From Antedon mediterranea (Eukaryota; Animalia; Echinodermata), in contig NC_092680.1 of NCBI RefSeq assembly GCF_964355755.1, positions 3,782,001 to 3,846,000 of the forward strand: a stretch of DNA of 64,000 nucleotides. Reading direction: 5' to 3'. Below are positions 29,701 through 49,065 of the stretch, piece by piece (within the stretch, counting starts at the first letter, position 1; every line of letters begins with the position of its first letter). A program made the position numbers and the translations under genes. The notes beneath the pieces were generated by a model that did no database searches, was not told where the DNA came from, and saw only the letters and a list, made by a program, of their open reading frames with translations.

Positions 29701-32700
29701 ACATTATGATGATTAACACTTTTGTACACTTACATTGGTCATTGTATCAACTTGATAAATGTTTTTTTGTAAAAATAAACTAGCCTGACTTTTAGACATT
29801 ATCTAGATATAACCTGACCTTTGCCATTATCTAGATATAATCTGACTTTTGAAAATATCTAGATATAACCTGACCTTTGACATTATCTATGGATTACCTT
29901 ACCTTATCTACCATAAAAAACTCCTTTTTGCCATCCATGATACAGTTGATATTATCAACCTCATCGTAATGTAGAACAGATTTAGTTCCTCCACTACTGA
30001 ACCAAAGTATGGCGTCTTGGAGGTTATCAACAAAGCCACCACAAAGAATGCATTTCAACAGATGAAAGTCATCTATTTAAAAATATAAAAAAATTACAGT
30101 ATGAACATTTTGACAAATTTAAGTGTAAAGCCCTGGCTACACTATAAACTGGTTTGATAAAAAGTTTGTAATGTGCCAAATATGGTAGTGATATGCCTAA
30201 ATATGGTAGTGATATGACATCATGTCCATATATGGGCACATCACATTTTTTGTCACATAAACTTTGATAGTGTAGACAGGGTTTTAGAAATGACATTAGT
30301 AATAGGCATATTAGCTCTGCTAACATTGGGAGGTCAGTAAAAGAAAAAGGGGGAAAGGAAGGGGGGGGGGGGGGAGGACTTTTTTTCTTTCCAGTCCTCC
30401 TTTCCACAAATCCAGGATCCTACACAAATTATGATTTGGCCTATTGTTGGTTTATCCAGGTAAGCTAGGCACGAAATAGACTTCCTTGCAACTTCGCAAG
30501 TGTAAAAACACATCATACTGGCCTTACCCCTCATTGCTGGTTTAATACTCTCCACAAGATATATATCTTTGTTGTTGTATTGGTCAATGTACTCTTTTAA
30601 TGTCATCTCCCATAAGCCTAATGATCGATTCTCTTTCTTGCCTTCTTCAACTTCTACAGTTAAATGACCATATTTCTCTCTAGCAATAGACAAAATTTGA
30701 TTTTCAATTATATTAATAATAATAAATATCAGTATAGCAGTGATAATTTTGCTAGTTTAAGTGAGTTTTGGATGTTGGATAAGTAGTGTTTAATTTCTCT
30801 ACTATTTACTAAAGTCAAAAAATGTCTTGTTCAAAGTGTCAACATTTTTTTTCAAATGTGGATGGTCATCCACAATTGATTTTACATCCATTTTTAATTA
30901 AACTGACACCGACTCATTAAAACAAGATGAATAGATGAATAAATGATTAACTACGTACATTTTCAACTTTCAACTGCAGTAAACGTATTATTATACTGTA
31001 TTAATACAATACATTTCAGGATTGAATGTTACGATTTTATACGAAATACGGATACAATTTTTTTTTTTTTACAGAGGGACCTCGAAAATCAAGGGTGGTA
31101 ATGTTTAAAGTATATTAATTTTTTTGTAAAAAAAACCCATTATTGAACCTTTATTTAATTCTGTATTCATTGCTTGATATTATCAAGGCTATCAATCAAT
31201 TTATATACTAAGAATTATAAAGAATATTTATTAAATTGTCATATTTAGACCCATATTTGTTTTTGTGTAAGCTGATTTGTTTTTGAAGACTCATTCAATT
31301 TTTACAACAGCATTATTAGAATGTACAGAATGTTTAATTTATCTGCACTTAGTATCTGGATATTGAAGCTTTACAGTTTTGTAAAATATATACAATGTAA
31401 AAAACAGATGGGCTTCTCATCAAATACTGTAATGACTGTTGATCAGTCATTAAATTGAACATGCTTTTGTATATAATATGAATTGTACACAAATGAGATC
31501 TCTACAGTAGTTTTATATTACAGTTTCCATTCTCATAGAAAATGAATATTTGCAAAACCTATTTTGCCTTCATTTAATATTGAGGACAAAAGAAACCGTG
31601 TTGTCATAGCGATACCTCATGATTGTGATAAATTATGGACAAAAAAAGGATTTATTTTTAGAACACAGATGTCTCTATCATTGTCTATTATTATTAGTAT
31701 ACTGTACACTGTACAGTAGTTGTTGATAGCCGAGTGGTTAGGACACTTGACTGTCATACAGATAGACCCGGGTTCAATTCCCGAAACTCCCAGTCCACTC
31801 AGCTGTAAATGAGTACCTGGTTGAAAATACTAGGGAGAAAAAAGGCGGCGTGGAAAGGAACTGGCCACCCTACCACATAATGCCGAGGCTTAGTACAATG
31901 AGCTCCTAACAGCTCATTCCTCTACGTTTAGAGAACACGGGACTCACCTTTACCTTTTTACTGTACACTGTATACAGACCTATAATAATTATGTTGCCTT
32001 GTTACTGCAACAGGGAGGTACTGTACTGTATACTATTCCTAAACTTATATTATGCACTTGTCAATTATATGAGGTGCGTCATGGGTGTGTCATTTACAAA
32101 TAATTACTGACTCCGATGGTACGTCAAATCAATAACTAATGGTGTGTCAATGTCCGTCACTTTACCACCCAAAATATCATAAAAAACATAGTCATAGTGC
32201 GCCAAAATGGGTGCGTCATGGACACCGAATAGGTAAGGCATATTATTGACGCATGGGTGCGGTATTCATAAGGTATGACGCACATCGGACAAAGGACGCA
32301 CGTCTCCCGGGGGTTGTATAGTGGGTCACAATTGACAAGTGCATTACTATAATATATACAGTAAACTAATGAAAATAATTATTTATTATCATTAAATATA
32401 CTTTTTTTATGTACCTTCTTGATTACATGTTGATTTCAACACAACAGATTTTGTCACAACTAGTTAATGGATCATGTCAAATTATTCCATTGCAGTCATT
32501 GCAGTAACTGTACATTCTTTTAAAACTTATAGGATTTTTTTTACTGTAAACAGCAGTACCCCTATATCACCTTAATATTAATCTATCAATATCATTACAT
32601 TGTGACAGAATACTGTCAAAAACCATATGTAAGCATATGGTGCTGAAATTTGATGACAATGATCACTTGAAAAGTTGAAAGGATACTAAAAACATTTTCT

Positions 32701-33820
32701 TTCCGTTTCCTTGATTATGAGCATTTGAAAATATCTAATGCAGTATAAACTGTCAATGTCATGTATTTAATTTACAAATATAAATTTCTTCTTCCAAAAA
32801 TTATTTTACTATATTCTTCATTTAGATTTTTAAAAGAATGACATTATTTGATTGGAAAACATTTAATTTAAAAGTTAGTAACTTTTATAATCGAATGGTG
32901 ACCGTTTTTTAATTTATTTTTTTCTACCCAGCTGAAGCTGATCATTAGTAGGCAACCTGCCCCAACAAAATCAAATCAAAGTAAATAGAATTTTGATTAA
33001 CATTATTCCATTAACAATAATTAATTTGTTCGTTGAGCTCGGAATACCTCATTAACTAAATAATCAACGGAAAAAACAATACTGTTTTGTTAATAAAATA
33101 AATGGCAATTCAATCCTACTAAATTTAAAAAAAATTACTTAAGAATAAATTACCGTAGGCCTAGTATAAAATTATTATTATTAATATTATTTCAATTCAA
33201 TTCAATTCACATTTATTTACTCATCGTTTATAAATACAGTTTCATAGCATAAATGATGGCAAGGATCCTGCATAGAGAAGTTTAAACTTCTGTTTTCGCA
33301 GGACCCTTTTACATAAAAAACATAAAACAATAAACACAACATAATAGATACAAAATAAAATAAAAAACATTTCCTATATACATTTTAGAGTTGTTCATCA
33401 TCAAAAAGCGATACTGTTTTTCTAACATGATTATTTATACATTTTGTCTTAAAATAAATAATTCACAAATTCATCATTTCATGTAACTCACTTTAAAAAA
33501 TCGTCATTCCACAGTCGAAATGCTGGCATAGAGCTAGCAGCCCCACGCATTAGCAGAGGCTTTCCCTTGTTCACATAATCTTCATAAAATTGTTTAGGGT
33601 GAGGTATGGCTTCCACGGTATCTATCCCAGGCTCTGCAGGTCGATGCGAGCCGAGCGGCTGCAGGTGGCCAGTCGGTGGTTTTGCAGCAGCGTCACCTCC
33701 CCCGATTGCACCATCTGATGCTGCAGAACTATTCTGTACTTTTTGAACTAGGCCTACAAATAATATGCACAATAGTTGCATTAAAGAAAGTAAACATTTG
33801 TTGTAATCTGGATATAACAT
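26771..33820 (-). CDS. Uncharacterised JmjC (cupin) Fe(II)/2-oxoglutarate oxygenase with N-terminal signal peptide, C-terminal EF-hand and KDEL, about 412 aa
   Basis: Exons (minus): 33820-33492, 30679-30528, 30072-29903, 28671-28517, 27926-27759, 27520-27412, 26926-26771; total 1239 nt in frame. Motifs: FYEDYVNKGKPLLMRGA, LWFSSGGTKSVLHYD (HxD), DGKKEF, MEAGDCFYIPYKWFHQV (distal His), EF loop DSNLNGRITEEE, C-terminus KTTKDEL-stop. The start could be a nearby downstream Met (MQLLC). Confidence 0.88.
28320..28485. mobile_element. Tc1/mariner (pogo/Tigger-like) MITE
   Basis: TA-flanked; TIR CAGTCAACTCTCCCA...TGGGAGGTGACTG. A second, inverted and degenerate copy is at about 43745-43928. Confidence 0.65.
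29784..29889. repeat. Tandem repeat, about 28-bp unit, about 4 copies
   Basis: CCTGACYTTTGACATTATCTAGATATAA units containing the palindrome TATCTAGATA, immediately inside the donor end of a JmjC-gene intron. Confidence 0.85.
31714..31958 (+). mobile_element. Full-length tRNA-derived SINE
   Basis: A box TAGCCGAGTGG, B box GGTTCAATTCC, CCTTTACCTTTT tail, and a 14-bp target-site duplication TACTGTACACTGTA at 31700-31713 and 31959-31972. Confidence 0.85.
32053..32343. mobile_element. TWA-flanked MITE (third Harbinger-like family)
   Basis: TIR TGCACTTGTCAATT / AATTGACAAGTGCA with TTA on both sides and internal GTGCGTCATGG repeats. Confidence 0.65.
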
Positions 33821-34982
33821 ATCGGTAAAATCACCACGATAACGCCACAAGCCTTGTCGCGTTGCTTTGTTGTTTCCGTCTCACATGTACGCTGCCATGT
33901 TGTTTTATTAATATTATTCAAAGGAATGACGGGAACGATATGATGCATCATGGGATTTTTACAATGCATGACGGTCCACGATACTGGAGGTCGTGAGTGA
34001 GGGAAAAGTTGTTTTTGTGTTTAGCATGATACATTTTCACATTTAAATCATTAATATGTGTGTTTTATGAACTGATTATTGTACATGACCATCCTGAACT
34101 ATTTCTTGTAGTTTTGTTATGTTTGAGGTTTGTATTAAAATTTCATTGAAGAATTGAAAACAAAGTATTCAATGGGTTTTGTAATTCATTATTGATTATA
34201 CCACCTTCAGAATCTGTGTGTGTAGTGTGAATGGAAGGATATTTTGTGCTTTATAAAATACTGTACAGTGACTAAATATTATTAGCTCATTTCAGGCAAG
34301 CTTACAATCTTTATCTATTTGCACCGCCAAAAGACACGATATGCATATTTTACTGCAGGAGTTTTTACGATTGACTTTACTTAGTACTATGCTAAATAAA
34401 TAGTCTGCACGTGGAACCCGATTTAAAAATAATAACGTTAAAGCATGACAAAGGATATTTTGTTGCATGAAATTTAAATGGTTAATTTAAGTTTTTGTTC
34501 TACTTCCTCTGTATTTAGCCTAATGATTCAACTGAGTAGTTGATACATACTGTAGGCGTGGCTTCTTCATACATGGACGTGGCTTCATTCAACTTTACTG
34601 CTTAGTTTCATTTTATAATTATGAATTTTGATTAGTTTAGTACTGTAAGAACGTTAACTTATAACGCTCCCAGTTTTTTTGATCTTCTGAATTCAGAACT
34701 TTAATAAAAAAAAATAATAAATAAAATACAGTATGCCTACAAATAAAAATAAGAGGGCCAAATAACAATTTTTGTCATGATTGATCATGATATGATTTGG
34801 GCCTAGAAGCCTTTGTGGCGCTACACACTGGATTGGTTGTTGGTGGCTCACAATTTTTAATTCATGTATGTCAAATTGAAATGTGATAGTTCTTTTTGAT
34901 ATTTTGGAACATTGCTCTTTTTGCTTTAGATTGACTGATTTACTGTGAAGTGATATATAGTTCCAGATTTCTCTGTTCAACA

Positions 34983-37948
34983 ATGGAAGCAGACAGCTCA
35001 AATAAGGTATTTCTGCTGATACAATGAACTTCTCCATCCCATACTGAATTTCCTTAAAATGGAAACGTTCCAATTATTGACAAAATATATTTCTACTTTT
35101 TAAAATGCATACCTTTAAGCCAACCAAAGTTTAAATGAGATTACACGGATACAAGGATACAAGGAAACTTTATTCATTCCAACTTGGGAAATTGTCTTAT
35201 ATTACAATGCCATAAACAAAATTGAAATTACTTTAAATATAAAAAAAAAGGTGTTTCAAAGAAAAGTTGGCAGAGTCTTCTTAAAAAAGATTTTTGTTCA
35301 CTTTTCAGGTTTCTTCCAGTAGTACAACCTTGCCACCTGATGGCCTGCTTAACAGTTATGATAATCAAGCTAACAGAAGAGAAGAAGGCCAAGCTGGGAA
35401 TGGCATCAGCGACCATTCCAAAATGAACAGTTGTATGTTAGAGAGAGAATCAAACATGACTGCCATTCAGACATCAGTAGAGGGCAGAAACTCAAATGAA
35501 ACCTTGCCTAAAAGTAATCAAATTACTCATAAAACCATAGAAGGATCAGGTACTGTACCAATTTCTGTCTCAGCTGTGCAAGCACTGAACAAACCCCCAA
35601 CAGGACAATTATCAATAGCATCATCAGCTCCTATGTTTATCAAGCCTTTGATAAAAGTACCGGAAATTGGCAAAGTGTCATCTGCATCGCATACGTTGGC
35701 ATTGATTTCAGAAAATGTTGTGAAGACGATAAGCAGTGTTGGTAGTGTTCAAGCAGCAGCTAACTCAACGAGGCCAACGTCAACTATTGCACCGCGTAAC
35801 TCAAAGAGCCGTAAATTGAGTTACAAGTTCATCAGTTCAGCTGCGCAGAAGACTTCAAACAGTAATCGCGATGCAGGAGAGATAAATTTAACAGACCTGA
35901 TAAAAACAACTTCATTTGAGTTAAATTCTCAGTGGTATTCTGTCAACAGTGGAGGGTTGTCGAACCTATTTAAATCTGGGCCAAAGCATGTTGTGAAAGA
36001 AGTACCTGAGCGCTTTGTTGATAGACTGACGGGTAGTCCATTCAAGTGTCTAGGCTGTGGTGACTCATACACCTTAAAATCTAGTCTTCAAATGCATGTT
36101 AATAGATGCAGCAGTCTTATCAAGTACAAATGCCCTTACTGTAACATCACAAAAACCTTCTATAACAAGTGTAGTCTGTTTATTCATGCACGTGACCATG
36201 CAAGAGTTACGAAGAAACCGTTTGAGTTGCGTGCTAATCTTGCAAATCTGTCAGTGATACCTGTTCAAGAAATGAACTTTTTCAATCGAGGAGAACACAA
36301 TGTTGAAGATGGCCAAACCAAAAAAATGATAATGGAAACCCAAGAGAAAGTCATTCAACCTAAAGATTCAGTCGGGGAACTTAGCAAGACGAAAGACAAG
36401 GTCAGTGATAGAAGCCAAGAATATGTCAAAGATGGGATGAAAATGTGTCTAATATGTATGGAACGATTTACGGCTCTTAACACCAAAGCTAATCACTTTA
36501 AAAGAGAAACGAAAAGAGTAGTATGTCAGCTGTGTGATCAGATTTTGTTCAACCCATGCATGGCAGAGTTGCACAAAAACTTCCACCTTCATAGGCAACC
36601 TCTGCAGTGTCCTGACTGTGGACTGGTTTCTGATACTGAAAGAGAAGCATATAGGCATATCCAACAGTCTTGTTTTCACATGGCACGCAAGATCTTAGTA
36701 CGCTGTTCTGTTTGCAACATCTACGTGTCAAGCTTTAAGGTTTACCAGAATCATCTCATCGACAGACATGCAGAGAGCTTCTTTAAGTGCGTGGAATGCC
36801 AATTGGCGTACAGATCGGTAGAAAGCTTAAAATGCCATACTGTTGTTGAACACAAAAATAGCAAGAATTCAAGCATGTGTAACATCATTTTGAAATGCCC
36901 ACTGTGTGAGACGGTCTTTGGAAACAAGAAGCAATTGACGGCACACATTCAAAGCACACATACTTACTCGGATTTGAGTGAAGTAAAAGTCGTTCATGAG
37001 TGTTCTCATTGTGGAAAACTCTTTCAACAACTATCATCACTTGATACTCATATGTTACTTACACATAAAAACTGCGCTGGCCATTTCCATTGTGAATTCT
37101 GCAACCGAGCTGTTCAGTTCTGTGATCTTGCAATTCACAAGAAGCATTGTAGCCTGAAGTTACATAGCAAAGTGAAAAGCTCTGAAGATGTTGGTGCGTT
37201 GATGTCAAAGGATGGTGAGGGCAGCGGAAAGTCACAAGTAGATAATCACGATAACGCAAACACCAATGACATTGCCGATGTTTTTGTATGTTTACATTGT
37301 TCGAAAGATGGTAAAAATATGGTTTTTAAATCTAAACAAGATCTTGATACTCATTACTTGATGTTAAAACACAAGGAGGCTGTTCTGAAAAATGCTATTG
37401 ATATGACCAGGGCAGGCCATGACCTAACTGATAGTAAAAGAAAGTCAGACAGTCAAGATGATGTAGTTCCGTTGAAGAAACTAAAGATCATCCTGCCACG
37501 AAAAGACTTCAGGTGTGGTCTCTGCGATTTTAAATGCTCTGCCCGAGACGAATTTAAAAACCATCTTGCAGAAAAACATGAAGCTACTAGTGAACACCAG
37601 TGCCAAGAATGCGGCTTGTCATTCCGCGCAGCATTCTCGCTAAAGATGCATCTACGAGCCGTACACAAAATCTACGATTTGGGTCAATATTTAAACGAAA
37701 AAAGTCCTGACGTTCAGGAAATTGCGCCCAATGAAGAGAACGCTGAAAAGAAGATAAAACTAAAGCCGTCACCAGCCGCTCACATTGTGAATAAATATGA
37801 TATAAATTCAATGGAATGTCAGGTTTGTTACAAAGTGTTTGATACGGAGATAAACCTGAAAACACACATGCGTAATCACGGCATGGCTTTCATCAAGTCA
37901 AAACGTAAAATGTCTTTGGATGGGAAAGATGGTAATAAGTCATTTTAG
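34983..37948 (+). CDS. C2H2 zinc-finger protein of the ZNF532/ZNF592/ZNF687 family, about 887 aa
   Basis: Probable short first coding exon 34983-35006 (MEADSSNK, GT donor) joined in phase 0 to the large exon 35309-37948. Family-typical segments are CLGCGDSYTLKSSL...FYNKCSLFIHARDH and the C-terminal HMRNHGMAFIKSKR, with many CxxC...HxxxH fingers. Probably co-orthologous to all three vertebrate paralogues, so no single symbol is given. Confidence 0.88.
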
Positions 37949-40256
37949 ATCAGCAGCGGTAAAATTATTTTAAATTGAGGGAGCTTATTCTGCGTTCATT
38001 AGACAACTTGTAATACACAAGAATACGTGAACAGTCCATTAATGTGGAAAACTGGGGTAAAATGACCCACTAAAAAACCCTGTTACCATGATTCCTTATA
38101 GCTACTTGGCCTAAAGCATGTAAAAAGCACCTTATTTTTTAATTTAAAAACATTATTATAGTGCAAATCACGTGGTTCCCAGGTTCCGCTTGAACGCAGC
38201 TTTATACTCTCATCGGTATAGTATAAAATAATATTTTCTTTAGATAAAAACAATACTTAATACGATGTACCCAAAAAAATTAAACACGGTTTTTATTAAC
38301 ACTTATTTCGATTAATTGTTTAACAATTTGTGGCTAAATACTCTTTTTATTTAGTGTTATTTTATTTTTCATTATGAATTTTGTAAATACATTTTTATGG
38401 ATTTTAAACTCTGTATCTTTAAAAAAGATAACAGTTAATTAATAAATATTTAATTTTTGAACTAATGAGACATAGGCTTAGCGCCTTTAAACCAACTAGA
38501 TAATTACAATTTGTGTTTTTCATTATTTTATAATCATATATCGGACCCAATTGCATGTGTTTCCTGTAAAATACTTCCTGAATATACAGTATTACTTGCT
38601 TTGTTTATTTGCACAAGATTAAGTTTACAACATTTTTTGGCAAAGGTCAACCTACGCCCTATTGCACAAAGCTTATTAAAATTGCCATATGTCACATTTT
38701 TCTAAGTTCTTAATTTATTGATATGGCTTAATTTTTTCTGTAGTGCATATTGTAAAATGTACTGTAGACATTTGCCCTCAATAACATTTTTTTTACTGTG
38801 TTTGTGAAAAATTGGTAGAAAGATTGAGAATACAATCTAATTGGACTGTCACATAATTATCATCAATTATAATTTACTGTAATGTTCAGTATTTTTTAAT
38901 AGTTATTTTGTGCAAAAAATGTTTATATTCATTTAATTTATAATTATTTATTTTTACTTTAGCTTTTTTACATTTTCAAATTCAAATACTATGTGTTAGT
39001 TGCTGTTTTTTTAAAGCTGTATATATACAGTAGTATGTTTCTGAATAACATTTTTCAATTAATCAAATGTAAGGTTTTTTTTTTATAAATACCAAGGTAA
39101 TTTTTAAGTAATAAATCATGCCATGTTCTTGTTTTATTGTGTAAGTAGTTTACAATTAGTCGTTTTACTGTTTTAAAGTGTTGGCGTTGGGTTGCAATGT
39201 TGGTGTTGTTCTGTGTTAAGACACAATGTAGTTCAAAATAAATAAAATTCAATGAAAGTTCTGTATACGGATACTGTAAATCGAAGAGTAAATGTACCAT
39301 GCATCCTAAAACTATGTGACTGATGGTTATAGTCTAGTGACTCAATATCATGCTATTTTACTAGTCCACTATATACTAGCTTACTTTAGCTACTGTATGT
39401 ACTGTCCTGATTATATTTTGTAAAGGACCAAATGGACTAAAAAATACTATCGTCAACTGTTTGTTCAATGGTGCACTGATTATATAGAAAATTGATCTAC
39501 ATTGCAACATTGTGTGTCATACAGATATTCAAATAAAAAGATGATTAAATAAGTTGGAGTTGTTGCCATAGCACAATCCAATGTGAACAGATGACAAATT
39601 AATAACTCTTTTTAATGTTGAAATCACTATAGTTGATAGTTTAGCTTTCTAGATAGTGATGTGGAAAACAGCCAATAATTCTTAATGTGTTATCTTGTAT
39701 GATGTTGAAATAAAACATTGTATAAAACATCAAACTTGATTGTGTTGTCCTTTGTAAAGCTCAATCTACATTATCAAACTTTATGTGACAAAAAATGTGG
39801 GCATGATGTCATACCACTACCATATTTGGGTATATCACTACCATTATTTGGGCACATCACACTTTTTTTGTCAAACTAGTTTGATAGTGTAGACAGAGCT
39901 TAAGCAATTTATGATTTAATTAAGCATATTTTGCATGATTGGCTTGAACACTACATGCTTATCCACTCAACCAAAAAAAAAAAGGAAAAAAGTCGTAGAA
40001 TATTTTAATGACTTCAATTAACATCAATTAATAACAATTATTTATGCACTAGATTATGAAATGAAAATAATAACTTTATTATAAAGAACAAAACAAGTAA
40101 CACCAATTTGTTCTTTGAGTTATTTATTGATGCCAACTAATTGGGCTCACTTTATGTTACGACAAAAAATAGTAATGATAACAATACTGATATAATAAAT
40201 ACTATTCTGATGTAGTTTGTACTTTATACTAAGTACATTGAGAATTCTCAAGCAAT

Positions 40257-40326
40257 TCTCGTGTGGGGCTCGAACCCACGACCTTCAGACCACTAGCCTG
40301 GTGTTCATACCTCTAGTCCACCGAGC
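40257..40326 (-). pseudogene. tRNA-like sequence (tRNA pseudogene or SINE head, apparent anticodon AGT)
   Basis: The minus strand has an A-box-like GGTGGACTAGAGG and a good T arm (GTGGG TTCGAGC CCCAC), but the acceptor and anticodon stems are mismatched. Other degenerate tRNA-like heads occur at about 40-90, 29365-29435 and 52270-52335. Confidence 0.5.
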
Positions 40327-41589
40327 TTGATGGCTAGGGGTTAGATTTGAGCCCTAGAACTTGTTTGTAACTACAGTAGTTACAAATAATTTTGGTGCAG
40401 TTACGAGTTACCAACACTCTGATGCCAAGCTACTCCACAGTAGTTACAAACAACAATCCTGTTATCAATATCTTGCCAACATTAAAGGACGGAATAAAAC
40501 AGTCTCAAAACCTGGGAATTGGTGCCTTACCACATCAAATGATTCTGCATTGTATCCAAGATTTTTATTTTCAACATTATCATAAATTTCTGAACCGATA
40601 CAGCATTACAATATTCTAAATGGTGATAGAGTTAGGAATTTTAATTGATTTCTATGTAAAATATCTGCGCAAATAAAATGTGCATTAAAAACATATTGGT
40701 CTTACAAAAGATATATAAATATCAAAAAACTATAAAATAACTATCTAGTACATATATTGCAAGGAAAAATTATGAAGTATAATACATTTTTTCGCCCAAA
40801 ATGTGATCAAATTTAGGATTGCATTTTTCGTAAATGTAGCATTTACTTGTTTAGTTGAAATTGCATGCATGATTCAATTTTTCGTTTAAATTTTGAATTT
40901 TGGCCAAGTAGTTTTCTTAGCAAGATTATATATTTATTTAGCACAAAATCAGCGACCATCCAAACAACCAGTTTAAAGCTAATGTGCCCATATATGGACA
41001 TGATGTCATATCACTACCATATTTAAGCATATCACTACCATATTTGGGCACATCACACCTTTTTTTGTCAAACTAGTTTGATAGTGTAGACAGAGCTTTA
41101 CATAATAAATACAAAACATCAGTTTACTTTAAAATTATTATCCAAATACTAAATTAATTTAAAAAGTGCAACAATTAAAAACACATCCCAATGTGCCCAT
41201 ATATGGACATGATGATGTCATATCACTACCATTGGGCACATCACACATTTGTCTTTGTCAAACTAGTTTGATAGTGGAGACAGAACTTGATATAATAAAT
41301 ACAAAACAACTTATTTTACTTAAAACTTATCCAAATAGTACATCAATTTAAAAAGTGCACCAATTAAAAACACATCACAATGAGTACACAACCACCAATC
41401 TCTAATATTACAAATATGTTCTTAGTAAATATGATACACACTACCACCAAATAAAATAGGCTTGAAATACATATATAGGTTTTCTTAAAAAGATCTAAAA
41501 AAAGTATTAAAATTCTGTAATATAAAAATATTTCTACATATAAAAACTTAATTTATATTAAATACAAAGTGTCCATTTACAGTCACATA

Positions 41590-49065
<7,476 letters not shown>

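Noticed and set aside
36449-37865. Several minus-strand ORFs overlapping the zinc-finger exon (similarly 626-886, 2006-2227, 7767-8039, 10278-10508, 48797-49075)
   Set aside because: Antisense shadows of real coding exons with no recognisable domains.
40257-40326. Possible functional tRNA-Thr(AGT)
   Set aside because: The acceptor and anticodon stems are mismatched; more likely a pseudogene or SINE head. tRNAscan-SE would decide.
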